Below, in pieces: positions 12,973 through 23,774 of a stretch of 64,000 nucleotides of DNA. How positions within the stretch are numbered: position 1 is the first letter of the stretch; the number at the start of each line of letters is the position of its first letter. A program made the translations under genes and the position numbers. The notes beneath the pieces are model-generated. The model saw only the letters and a list, made by a program, of their open reading frames with translations. It was not told the DNA's origin and ran no database searches. The DNA comes from an uncultured Chloroflexia bacterium (GTDB lineage Bacteria; Chloroflexota; Limnocylindria; Limnocylindrales; CSP1-4), in NCBI GenBank assembly GCA_963734535.1, contig CAVTHS010000007.1, positions 64,001 through 128,000 on the forward strand, given 5' to 3'.

Positions 12973-14404
12973 ATGAGCAAACCACCCTTCTCCCGGAAGG
13001 TCTCCCGGCGGCAGTTCCTCAAGGTCGGCGGCACTGCGCTCGCCGCCGCGGCGGCGCGAGCCTCGGCTCCGCACTGGGCCGGCAAGGTGCTGCCAGCCGT
13101 CCTCGGCCGCCGAGGCCGCCGGCGCCGACGTCGCCCGCGCCGACCATCTACAAGCACCTGATCGGGTCCGACGGCTGGATCTCCATCCCATGGGGACCAT
13201 CACGAACGAGCTGGGAGCTGTCGTCGCCCCCGATGCGCTCGCGCCCGCGGGGCGAACCACCTACGTGTTCGGCTTCCGCGACGTGACGGTGCTGGACGCC
13301 CCCGGCCCCACGCCGGGCACGACGACCGAGCCCCGGATCCTGGCGCAGAAGGGCCACGTCCAGCACTCGGCGCCGCTGATCTTCTTCGACGAGAACGACG
13401 CCATCCAGATCACGCTGAGCAACCTGGGCCTGGCCGTGCGGCCCGACCTGACCGACCCGCACACCATCCACTGGCACGGCTTCCGCAACGCCCTGCCGAT
13501 CTTCGACGGCGTGCCGGAGATGTCGATCTCGGTGGCGCCCGGGAGCGACTTCCCGTACTACTATCACCCGACCGATCCCGGCACCTACATGTACCACTGC
13601 CACAACGAGGACGTCGAGCACGTGCAGATGGGCATGGACGGCATCGTCTTCGTGCGGCCGGCGCAGAACAAGACCGGCAACGGCGCCGGGGCTCCGGTCG
13701 CCCGCTACAACGGCGGGGCCGCCGGCGCCGCTGGGCTACGTCTACAACGACGGCGTGGCGCTCGGCGACCCGCGCTCGACGGCCTACGACCGCGAGTTCG
13801 CCATCTTCCTCAACGAGTTCTGGGCGCAGTCGCACTACGACGACGCCCACATCCAGGTGAGCGACTGGAGCGACTTCCACGCCGACTTCTACCTGATGAA
13901 CGGCCGCTCCTATCCCGACACGCTCGCGCCCAACGGCGGCGGCACCGACCTGACGCACCGGCGACCTGATCGCGCCGGCCGGCCGCCCGGACCTGGAGTC
14001 CCAGCCGATCTCGTCGCTGATCCAGTGCAACGCCGGCGACCGGGTGCTGCTGCGCTTCGTCAACCTGGGCTACACCCAGCCGGCCATGAAGCTGACCGGC
14101 ATCCCCATGCACGTGGTCGGCAAGGATGCCACGCCGCTGCGCGGCATCGGCACCGGCGGGCTGCGCAACGGCGCCGACACGAGCTACATCACCGACACGA
14201 TCTACCTGGGCGCGGGCGAGAGCTACGACGCGATCTTCACCGCGCCGCCCAAGACCGGCGCCGGCTACGACACCTACCTGCTCTTCAACAACGCGCTCGG
14301 CGCGCTCAACACAGCCGGGCGGCGCCGGGCTGGGCGGGCAGATGACCGAAGTGCGCGTTTACGCCGCCGGCACCCTGCCGGCCCAGACGGCGCCCAACAC
14401 GTGA
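12973..14404 (+). CDS. Tat-exported two-domain multicopper oxidase subunit A (type-1 Cu site in domain 1); frameshifted
   Basis: SRRQFLK twin-arginine signal; HTIHWHG (~13460) and YHCHNEDVEHVQMGM (~13592); domain 2 lacks the His motifs. Confidence 0.85.
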
Positions 14405-14417
14405 TCCATGAAAGGAG

Positions 14418-15779
14418 ATGACGGACATGCGCACCACTTCGTACGCAAGATGGGTTCGACTATCGGTCGGCGCTGGCGCGTGCTGCGCCATCCTGGTCGC
14501 TCGAGCTGCCGGCAGCGCGCCGCCAGTGGCCGCCGCGGCGACGGCCGTCTTCGGGCATCCTGTGCACCACCAGCAGCAGCCCGAACGCGAGCTTCTCGCT
14601 GACGGCGAGCGCCGACTACATCAGCATGCCGGACGGCAACTCGATCTACACCTGGAGCTACGGCCCCAGCGGCGGCGCTTTCCAGTTCCCCGGGCCGGTG
14701 CTGTGCGTCAACCAGGGCGACACGGTGACGGTGGTGCTGAACAACACGCCTGCCGGAAGCCACCTCGATCATGTTCCTGGGCATCGACAACGTCCAGGCC
14801 AACGGCGCCCCGGCCCAGCCGGAGTTCAGCGGCAGCGACGCCTGACCTCGCTGACCAACAGCGCCGCGGCGACCGGCGGCAGCGTCACCTACAGCTTCGT
14901 GGCCAGCAACCCGGGCACCTACCTGTACGAGAGCGGCACGGACGTCGGCAAGCAGGTGCAGATGGGCCTGTACGGCGCGCTGGTCGTGCGCCCGGCCGGC
15001 CACCCCGATTGGGCCTACAGCAACGACGGCCAGGCCTTCGGCCAGTTCGACCCGACCACCGAGTTCGTCATGCTGCTCTCCGAGATCGACCCGAACCTGC
15101 ACTCGGCGGTCGAGCTGGGGCAGCCCTACGACGTGACCACCCTGCACCCGCGCTACTGGCTGATCAACGGGCGCTCCTTCCCGGACACCATCGCGCCGAA
15201 CAACGCCGCCTGGCTGCCCAACCAGCCCTACAGCTCGCTGTTCCACATCAAGGTGACTGACCCGCCGGATCCGACCCACGGCGGCGTCCATGCACCCGGC
15301 GCTGATCCGCTACCTGGACGCCGGCTCGCGCAACCACCCGTTCCACCCGCACGGGCAGAACGGGCGGGTGATCGCGCGCGATGCCACCCCGCTGATCGAC
15401 GCGGCCGGCAACGACCTCTCCTACGAGACGTTCGCCTTCACCATCGGCTCGGGCCAGACCTGGGACCAGACCTACCACTACGACAACCAGGAGCACTTCG
15501 ACGCGACCACCAACCCGATCCCGGTGACGATGCCGCAACTGCAGAACCTGACCTTCAAGGACAACGCGACCTACTACAGCGGCAGCCCCTACCTGGGGCA
15601 GAAGGGCCAGCTGCCGGTCGGCACCACGTCGTACAACGAGTGCGGCGAGTACTACATGGTCATGCACAGCCACGCGCTGTACGAGGTGGCCAACTACGAC
15701 ACCGGCTTCGGCGGCATGTTGACCCTGGAACGGATCGACCCACTGACGCCGGCGCCCGGCACCACGTGCACGCCAGTAG
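14418..15779 (+). CDS. Two-domain multicopper oxidase-like subunit B (His motifs only in domain 2); frameshifted, ends approximate
   Basis: FPGPVLCVNQGDTV; GTYLYESGTDVGKQVQMGLYG; HPFHPHG (~15335); VMHSHALYE...GGM (~15665). Confidence 0.8.
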
Positions 15780-15788
15780 GAGACGACG

Positions 15789-18700
15789 ATGAGAACGCCC
15801 ATCCGACTACCGGGCCGCACACGGCTCCTCTCGCCGGTCATGGCGGCGGCGCTGGTCGCCGCCTGCTCGGCCGCTGGCGCAGCCGCGCCGGTGGCCGCTA
15901 GCCCGGCCCGCCTGGCTGCGGCGCCGGCACCGGCGGCCGCCGCGCCGCGGTCCCGTCACCGGGACGACCTGCTCGCCGGCCTGCGACCTCTACGCCACGA
16001 CCGGCACCGCTCACGCCTGCCGGACGGCGACCACGGCGCCGATCTGGGGCTACTCGCTGCCAGCACGCCCGGGTCGGCCAGCCTTGCCCGGCCCGCTCCT
16101 GATTGTCAACCAGGGCGATCCGGTTGCGATCACCCTGCACAACGTCGACCTGCCGAGCGCGACGTCGTTGATGATCGCGGGCCAGCCGGGCGCGCCGGAC
16201 ACGACCGGCGTCACCGCCGGCAACAGCAAGACCTACACCTTCGCGGCGGGGGTCCTGCAAGCCCGGCACCTACCTCTACGAAGCCGGGCTGACCGCCGAC
16301 GGGCCGCGCCAGGTGGCAATGGGCCTCTACGGCGCCCTGATCGTGCGCCCGACCGGCGCACCGCTCCAGGCGTACGCCGATCCCGAACACGACCTTCGCC
16401 GACGAGGCGGTGCTGGTGCTCAGCGAGGTCGACCCGGCCTTCAACGCCGCCCCGGCCACGCTTCGACATGACCGCGTTCGCCCCGAAGTACTGGCTGATC
16501 AACGGCAAGGGCTACCCCAACACCGATTCGATCGCCACGGCGGCGGGCAACACGGTCCTGCTGCGCTACGTCAACGCCGGCCTCGCAGCACCACTCGATG
16601 GGCCTGCTTGGCCTGCACCAGACGATCATCGCGACCGATGGCACAGCCGGCCACCAACCAGTCCAGGGTGGTGGCCCAGACCGTCCCGACCGGCGGCACG
16701 CTGGATACCATCGTCACCATGCCGGCCAGCTGCCCCGACGGGCACGCAGTACGCGGTGTTCGAGGCCGCGATGCACATGGACAACAACGGCGCCGCGACC
16801 GGCGGCGTCGATCAACTTCGGCGGCATGCTGACGTTCCTGACGGTCTGCGCGGGGACCACGCTCCACCGGCCGGCCCGGTCACCAGCGCGGTCAGCCTCG
16901 TCGCCCAACCCGAGCAACGGCTCGGCGGCAGTCGCCCTCACGCGCCGACGCACCTCGACCGGCGCACCTGACCGCGGCCGAGTACTTCGTCGACACGCTC
17001 GGCACGAGCGGCAGCTGGCTGCGCCGATCACCGGCTCGCTGACCAGCGTCAGCGTCACGATCCCAGTGTCCGGCGCGACGCGCTCGCCGTGCGCGGATCT
17101 GACGACGCTTTCCAGCGGCAACCACACCTTCTACGTCCATGGCCAGGACGCGAATGGCTGGGGCGCCGTTGCCTCGGCCGTGCTCAACCTGGACAAGGCC
17201 GGCCCGGCGATCAGCAACATGAGCCTGACGCCGAGCGCCGACAACGGCACCGTCGATGTCGTGCTGCAGGCGACTGCGAGCGACGTCGCGACGCGGCAAC
17301 CAGAACGTGACGGCGGCCGAGTACATTCATCGACGGCGGCACGCCAGCACGTGCGACGCTTCACGGTGGCGCCCGGCGACGACCGTGAGCCTGAACGCCA
17401 CGATCCTCGCCGCAACGGTGAACGGCCCTGAGCCGAGGGCAACCACACGGTTGCCGTCCGCGCTCAGGATGCCCTGGGCAACTGGGGTGCGCTTTGGCAC
17501 CACCACCCTGAAGGTTGACAAGACCGGGCCGGGAACCAGCGCCGTCACCGCGACCCCCAACCCGAACAACGGCACGCTCGGCGTGCAGATCGGCACGCGG
17601 CGGCGCGTTCTACGTGCGCATCGACGCGACGGTCAGCCGACCCGGTCTCACCGGTCTCGGTGGCGTCAACTCGAACATCGCCGCGGCTGAGTACTTCTTC
17701 GATTGCCCTGGCGGGACGTGTCCCGCCAACGGCACCGGCGGGGCGATGATCCCCACCGACGGCTCGTACAACAGCCCCAGCGAGGCGGCCTACGCGGCCG
17801 TCGACATGATCCACATCGCCTCCCTGTCCGTCGGCACCCACACGATCTACGTCCACGGCAAGGACGCGGCCGGCAACTGGGGCGCGACCAGCGACCATCT
17901 CGTTCCTGATCGACAAGACCCCGCCGACCTTCACGGGCATCTCGCTCGCGCCGAACCCGACCCTGGGCGCGCCACGCGTCACGCTGACGGTGAACGGAGC
18001 GGTCGACACGGGCGGCGCCGGCGTTGGTGGCGGCGAGTACTGGATCAATCCACCGACGACCACGACCCCGGCTGCGGGCAGCGGCACGCAATTCAGCGGC
18101 CTGACGGCGAGCATCCCGGTGGGCTCGCTCGCGACCGGCACGTACACCGTCAGCGCCCGGATCCGCGACGCTGCCGGCAACTGGAGCACCGGCACGGGCG
18201 GCATCCGTACCGCGACGCTTACCGTCCTTCCCGACACGATCTTCTCGAACGGCTTCGACACCGGCTTCGCCCCGTGGGGCTGGACCAGCCGGTCGACGAC
18301 CACGACGGCACGCCTCAATGCCACGGCGGCGGCCGCCCTGGTCGGCGCTCGGGGCCTCCAGGCGCAGGGCAACAGCGGCAACTACGTCCAGTTCAACTTC
18401 GGGACCGTCGCCCAACCGACGACGGCGACCTACGACGCGCGCTTCTACTTCAACCCACACAACAACGCGTCGACCGGGCAGGACATCCTGGCGGCCGCGA
18501 CGTCGAACGCCTTCACCACCCAGCTGTTCCACGTGCGCTACCGGCGCAGCGGCACCCAGCCGCAGGTGCAGGTACAGGTGGGCGCCACCGCCAACGCTGC
18601 GTGGGTGAACATCACCAACAACGCCAGCAACCGCATCGAGGTCGTCTGGCAGTCCGGCGCGAGCCTCCAGCTGACCGTCAACGGCACGCTGTCCCAGACC

Positions 18701-18829
18701 CTGACCGCCGGCACGGGCTCCGTGTCCGCCGTTCGCCTGGGCTCTGTGACTTCCGGCGGCAGCAACACCCTCATGTACTTCGACGCCTTCGCCTCCAAGC
18801 GATCGGTGTCGCCGCTCATCGGGCCGTAG
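15789..18829 (+). CDS. Multicopper oxidase-like subunit C (no canonical Cu motifs) fused to Ig-like repeats and a C-terminal beta-sandwich-like domain; frameshifted
   Basis: PGPLLIVNQGDPV, GTYLYEAG...QVAMGLYG, YWLINGKGYP, GGMLT; then AEYF / DAAGNW repeats; ends YFDAFASKRSVSPLIGP*. Confidence 0.75.
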
Positions 18830-18848
18830 TCCCAAGCACCTCGCACGC

Positions 18849-18884
18849 GGGGCCGGCCGGCCACCCGACACGCCGGCCGGCCCC
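18849..18884 (+). terminator. 13-bp GC hairpin after the MCO genes
   Basis: ggggccggccggc-N10-gccggccggcccc. Confidence 0.45.
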
Positions 18885-18941
18885 GCCACCCCGTTCACTC
18901 AACGCAATCGCCTTCCACGGCACCAACCGGAGGAGCTTTCC

Positions 18942-19430
18942 ATGGCCGAGTCGGCCGTCCTTCCAGCACTGCGGGGGCGCTTCGGAAGCGTCCCGGGCGC
19001 GATCGTCCCCTTCGCCGGCGCGCTTGCGCTGCTCGCCGCGGTGATCGCCCTGGGCCTCACCCTGCGCGCTCCCGCCGCACCCGCCGGGACACCGATCCCG
19101 CCGAATCCCGCCGTCGAGACCAAGTGGGGGGTCAGGGTCAGCCAGGTGGCGGTAACCGCGGACGGTGGTCTCGTCGACTTCCGCTTCATCGTCCTCGACC
19201 CGGACAAGGCGTCCGAGATGCTCTCGAACGTCGACAACCTGCCCGTGCTCCGCGTGGACGGCTCGGGCGTCGTCGTCAACTCCACCGCACAGATGGGCGG
19301 CCACCCGACCCTCCGGCCCGGTCAGACCTACTTCCTCCTCTACCGCGACGCGGGTGGCGCGATCAAGAGCGGCACCTCCCTCAGCGTCCTGTTCGGCGAT
19401 CTCGCGATCGACCACGTGATCGCCCGCTGA
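18942..19430 (+). CDS. Membrane-anchored conserved hypothetical protein (paralog of 1-312)
   Basis: GGAGGAG RBS, N-terminal TM helix, GGLVDFRF motif. Confidence 0.8.
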   Translation: MAESAVLPALRGRFGSVPGAIVPFAGALALLAAVIALGLTLRAPAAPAGTPIPPNPAVETKWGVRVSQVAVTADGGLVDFRFIVLDPDKASEMLSNVDNLPVLRVDGSGVVVNSTAQMGGHPTLRPGQTYFLLYRDAGGAIKSGTSLSVLFGDLAIDHVIAR

Positions 19431-19442
19431 CGGTGTGATCCG

Positions 19443-21371
19443 ATGACGCAGCGGCCAGCCGCGAGCTCGATCCGGGTGCGCCGCGCCCTGGCGGCGCTCG
19501 TGGCGCTGCCGATCTTCCTGTGGCTCGCGGCCGGTACCGCATCCGCGCACGCGATCCTCGAGTCCGTCGACCCGGCCGATGGGTCGACCCTCTCGAGCGC
19601 CCCCCCGATCGTGCGGCTGGTGTTCTCCGAGCCCGTGGACCCGTCCCTCGCGACGATCGGGCTGCTGGACGCGGCCGGCCGCGCGGTCTCCGGGGTCGTG
19701 GTCGGCGCCGATCCGTCCGACCCGGCTGCGCTCGACGTCTCGCTGCCGGCCCTCTCGCCGAGCGCCTACAGGCTCGCCTGGCGGGTGGTCGACGAGCAGG
19801 ACTTCCATGTCACGACAGGAACGGTCGTCTTCGGCATCGGGGCGCCCGCGCCCGCGCCGGCCGCCGAGCAGGTCGCGGGCGCGAACCTCCCCGAGGTGGG
19901 CCTGCGCTGGCTGGCCCTCGCCCTGCTCGCGGCCGCCTGCGGCGGCCTCCTGCTGCTGGTCGTCGTCCTCCGGCTGCCAGCCCGCTTCGACGGACCGGCG
20001 CTCGCGCTCCGGCGGCGGCTCGTGCGGGTCGCGACCGGCGCGAGCGGCGCGGCGATCCTCGCCAACGGCAGCCTGTTCCTCCTCCAGGCGAACGGGGCGG
20101 GCGGAACGGGCATCGACCCGGCAGCACTCCTGGGGACCACGTTCGGGACGGCCTGGGCGATCGAGGAGGCCGTGCTCACGGTCCTCTGCGTCGTCCTGGT
20201 CCGTGCCATGCGCCGCAGTCCGGCCGGCGCGCCGAGCCTCCGCGTCGCCCTCGTCGGCGGCCTGCTGTTCGGTCTCGCCGGAGTCCAGGCCCTGACCGGC
20301 CACGTCACCACGGGCCCGGCCCAGGAGACGCCGATCCGCTGGATCGCGCTGACCGTCCACCTCGTCGCCATGCTGGCGTGGGTCGGCGGGCTCGCCGCCC
20401 TGGCGATCGGCGTCGGGCCGCTGCTCCGGGGACCACGCGCCAACGTCGGGCTCGCCCGGGCAGTGCTGGGACGATTCTGGCTGATTGCGGCGCCCGCCCT
20501 CGCCGCCCTCGCCGTCACGGGGCTGTACCTCGGGGGGCAGCTCGTCGCATCGGCGGACGCGCTCCTCCTCACGGCCTATGGCCAGGCGCTCCTCGTCAAG
20601 ACCGGCCTCGCGCTCGTTGCCGTGATGCTCGGTGCGCTCAATGCGGCGGCGCTGCATCCGGGCCTCTTCGCCCGGGTGCGCCGGGTCGCACCCTTCGCGC
20701 TCCGACTCGTCCCATCGCGGGCCCGGCTTCGCGCCGTCGTCGCCGTGGAGGCCAGCGCCGCGCTCGCGGTCGTCCTGGCGGCGGCGTTCATGAGCGCCAG
20801 CCCACCCGCCCGCGGGCCCCGGTTCGATCCGGTGCCGGCTGTCGTCACCCAGGCGCCGGTCGCAGCCCGGGCCGACGATCTCCTGGTGACCCTGGCGATC
20901 CGGCCCGATCGCCCCGGACCGAACTTCGCCGACATCGGCGTGCTCGACACCCGCCGGCCGGCCCCGGCGCCGATCGACACCGTCAGCGTACGCCTGATTC
21001 CACCGACCGGCACCGGCGTGACCGCGCTCCAGGCGCGCGCAACCGCGCCCGGCCGCTACGAGATCGACAACTTGCCCATCGACCAGGGCGGGGCGTGGCG
21101 CCTGGCGATCGAGATCGGCCGAGCAGGACTGCCGCCGGCCTCGGTCGTGCTTCCCTGGGCCGTCGCGCCGGCGCTCGCCGCGCCCCATCCGGTGCTCGTC
21201 TCCGACGCGCCGCTCGCGCCACTCGCGACCCCGCTGGCGATCGCGCTGGCGGCCCTCTTCGGTGCCCTTGCCATCGCCGTCGTCGCCCGGCGCCGAGGGG
21301 TCCGCCCGGGGCGGACCGTCGCCGCACTCACCGCCAGCCCGCCGGCAGCCCCTTCAGGAAGTGAGATATGA
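19443..21371 (+). CDS. Copper resistance CopC/CopD fusion protein (YcnJ-like)
   Basis: ASA|HAILESVDPADG mature N-terminal His; DFHVTTG; multi-TM CopD region with HLVAMLAWVGGL and YGQALLVK. Confidence 0.88.
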   Translation: MTQRPAASSIRVRRALAALVALPIFLWLAAGTASAHAILESVDPADGSTLSSAPPIVRLVFSEPVDPSLATIGLLDAAGRAVSGVVVGADPSDPAALDVSLPALSPSAYRLAWRVVDEQDFHVTTGTVVFGIGAPAPAPAAEQVAGANLPEVGLRWLALALLAAACGGLLLLVVVLRLPARFDGPALALRRRLVRVATGASGAAILANGSLFLLQANGAGGTGIDPAALLGTTFGTAWAIEEAVLTVLCVVLVRAMRRSPAGAPSLRVALVGGLLFGLAGVQALTGHVTTGPAQETPIRWIALTVHLVAMLAWVGGLAALAIGVGPLLRGPRANVGLARAVLGRFWLIAAPALAALAVTGLYLGGQLVASADALLLTAYGQALLVKTGLALVAVMLGALNAAALHPGLFARVRRVAPFALRLVPSRARLRAVVAVEASAALAVVLAAAFMSASPPARGPRFDPVPAVVTQAPVAARADDLLVTLAIRPDRPGPNFADIGVLDTRRPAPAPIDTVSVRLIPPTGTGVTALQARATAPGRYEIDNLPIDQGGAWRLAIEIGRAGLPPASVVLPWAVAPALAAPHPVLVSDAPLAPLATPLAIALAALFGALAIAVVARRRGVRPGRTVAALTASPPAAPSGSEI

Positions 21372-23671
21372 ACGCCCCGCGTCGCCACAGTCGCCTGCTT
21401 CTCGTGCTCGCCATCTCCGCGCTGCTCAACGGGGCCGTCGGCGCGCCCACGATCGCCGCAGCACCGACTGCCGCGATCGATGCGGCGCTCGCGGCAACGC
21501 TGCGGACCGCCGCTCCCGGCGCGCTGATCCCGGTCATCGTGCGGCTGCGCGACCAGGTCGACATCCGCGCGATCGGCGGCGCCGGCCGTTCCGCCCGCCT
21601 CGCGGCCGTGGTCACCGCCCTCCAGCAGCGGGCCGCAGCGACCCAGGCCGGGCTCCTGGCTCTCCTGGCCGCGCGGCGGGTCGGGGGGCTTGCGGCCTCG
21701 GTGACGCCCCTGTGGATCATCAACGGCGTCGCCGTGCACCTGCGCCCCTTGGCCATCGCGGAGATTGCCGCCCGGCCAGAGGTCGCTTCGATCGCCCTCG
21801 ACCAGGTGGTCACCGCGCCGGCTGCCCCGAGCGCAGCCTCCTCGACCCCGGTCGAACCGAACGTGAGCCTGATCAACGCGCCGTCCGTGTGGAGCCTCGG
21901 GTTCGGCGGCCAGGGCGTGGTCATCGCCAGCATGGACACGGGTGTCGACGCGACCCATCCGGATCTCGCCGCCGAGTACCGCGGCGGGACCGACAGCTGG
22001 TACGACCCGTACGGCCAGCACCCGACCACCCCGATTGACTTCTCGGGCCACGGGACGTGGACGATGGGGCTGATGGTGGGGGGCACCGGCGGGGGAAGCG
22101 CCATCGGCGTCGCCCCCGGCGCGAAGTGGATCGCCGCCAAGATCTTCAACGACGCCGGCAGCGGGACGACCAGCGCGATCCACCTCGCCTACCAGTGGCT
22201 TCTCGACCCGGACCACAACCCGGCGACAGCTGATGCCCCGAACATCGTCAACAACTCGTGGACGCTCTCCAACCCGGGATGCTCGCTCGAGTTCGAGCCC
22301 GACCTCGCGGCGCTCGTGGCCGCCGACATCACGCCGGTGTTCGCGGCCGGCAACTTCGGCCCGACCGCCCCGTCTGATGCGAGCCCGGCCAACAACCCCG
22401 ATGCATTCGCGGTCGGGGCGACGGACAACTCCGACGCGATCGCCAGCTTCAGCAGCCGTGGCCCCACGAGCTGCGGGCGATCGGCGCCGGCCACCTTCCC
22501 GGACGTCGTCGCCCCTGGCGTGGGCGTGCTGACCACGGACCTCTTCGGCCTGTACACCAATGTGGCCGGGACCTCGTTCTCGGCGCCGGCCGTCTCGGGC
22601 GCCATGGCCCTCCTCCTGAGCGCCTTCCCCGCCGCCACGGTGGCCCAGCTCCGCGCCGCGCTCGCCGGCACGGCGGTCGACCTCGGCCCGGCCGGGCCGG
22701 ACGCTACCTTCGGCTCCGGCAGGATCGACGTCCTCGCCGCCTACAACGCCCTCGCGGGCGGGCCCTCGCCCTCCCCGAGCCCGTCGCCGAGCCCGAGCCC
22801 GAGTCGCCGAGCCCCGCCGCCCGTCGCCGAGCCCCAGCCCCTCGCCGTCGCCGAGCCCCGAGCCCGTCGCCGTCGCCGAGCCCCAGCCCGTCGCCGTCGC
22901 CGAGCCCCAGCCCGTCGCCGTCGCCGAGCCCCAGCCCGTCGCCGTCGCCGAGCCCCAGCCCCTCGCCGAGCCCGCCCGAGCCCCAGCCCGTCCCGTCGCC
23001 GAGCCCCAGCCCGCGACCCGTCGCCGAGCCCCAGCCCCTCGCCGAGCCCGAGCCCGTCGCCGACCCCAGCGCCCGCGGTGACCTCGCTCTCGCCGAGCTC
23101 GGGCCCGACCGCGGGCGGCACGACGGTCACGATCAGCGGCAGCGGCTTCAGCACCGCGGCCGGGGCGACCGCGGTCTCGTTCGGCGCGAGCCCCGCCGCG
23201 AGCGTCAGCTGCGGGAGCGTGACGAGCTGCCTCGCCGTCAGCCCGGCCGGCGTCGCCGGGGCGGTCGACGTCCGGGTGACGGTCGGCGGGCAGACGAGCC
23301 CGGTCACCCCGGGCGACCGGTTCAGCTATGTCGCGGCCGCGACCACCGTTCCCGTCGCGGTTCCCGCCCTCACGAGCGGGTACGGCTACTGGGTCACCGT
23401 CACGAGCGCAACGAGCGGGCCGATCAGCGCCGCCTGGACGACCCCCACGTCGGTTCAGGGCACCCTCGCGGTCTACGCCGGCAACCCGTTCGCCGGCCTG
23501 TCGGATCCCGCGCGGCGCAGCCCGCCATCGGGCGCGCTCGCGACGACGTCAGGCAGGCGGCGCTCCTTCAGCGTCACGACGGCCTCCCGGCCGGCCGGCG
23601 TCTACACCCTCTACTTCTACGCCGGCGGCAGCCTGAAGGCGAGCAGCGGCACGGTCACCTACTGGAGGTAG
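21368..23671 (+). CDS. Secreted S8 serine peptidase with Pro/Ser linker and IPT/TIG domain
   Basis: Signal peptide; MDTG / HGT / GTSFSAP triad; PAVTSLSPSSGPTAGGTTVTISGSGF IPT signature. Confidence 0.88.
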   Translation: MNAPRRHSRLLLVLAISALLNGAVGAPTIAAAPTAAIDAALAATLRTAAPGALIPVIVRLRDQVDIRAIGGAGRSARLAAVVTALQQRAAATQAGLLALLAARRVGGLAASVTPLWIINGVAVHLRPLAIAEIAARPEVASIALDQVVTAPAAPSAASSTPVEPNVSLINAPSVWSLGFGGQGVVIASMDTGVDATHPDLAAEYRGGTDSWYDPYGQHPTTPIDFSGHGTWTMGLMVGGTGGGSAIGVAPGAKWIAAKIFNDAGSGTTSAIHLAYQWLLDPDHNPATADAPNIVNNSWTLSNPGCSLEFEPDLAALVAADITPVFAAGNFGPTAPSDASPANNPDAFAVGATDNSDAIASFSSRGPTSCGRSAPATFPDVVAPGVGVLTTDLFGLYTNVAGTSFSAPAVSGAMALLLSAFPAATVAQLRAALAGTAVDLGPAGPDATFGSGRIDVLAAYNALAGGPSPSPSPSPSPSPSRRAPPPVAEPQPLAVAEPRARRRRRAPARRRRRAPARRRRRAPARRRRRAPAPRRARPSPSPSRRRAPARDPSPSPSPSPSPSPSPTPAPAVTSLSPSSGPTAGGTTVTISGSGFSTAAGATAVSFGASPAASVSCGSVTSCLAVSPAGVAGAVDVRVTVGGQTSPVTPGDRFSYVAAATTVPVAVPALTSGYGYWVTVTSATSGPISAAWTTPTSVQGTLAVYAGNPFAGLSDPARRSPPSGALATTSGRRRSFSVTTASRPAGVYTLYFYAGGSLKASSGTVTYWR
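22763..23071 (+). repeat. (Pro-Ser)n coding low-complexity repeat with internal indels
   Basis: Repeated ccgtcgccgagccccagc units. Confidence 0.88.
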
Positions 23672-23774
23672 CAGCCGGCCGGTTCCGCGCCGCGGGACCT
23701 GCCATCCATCCGGGGTAACGAGGCCGCTGCCCGGCGGCCTGGACTCATCGTTCGTCATCGAGGGGGGAAGGACC

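Noticed and set aside
6160-18829. Programmed frameshifting or pseudogenes
   Set aside because: The indels are numerous, lack slippery-site patterns and also hit housekeeping genes (korA, copA, ogt), which points to sequencing error.
18816-21188. Long antisense ORFs (also 1690..3789, 45433..48336, 59657..61432 and others)
   Set aside because: Shadow ORFs typical of very high GC DNA, lying opposite well-supported genes and lacking motifs.
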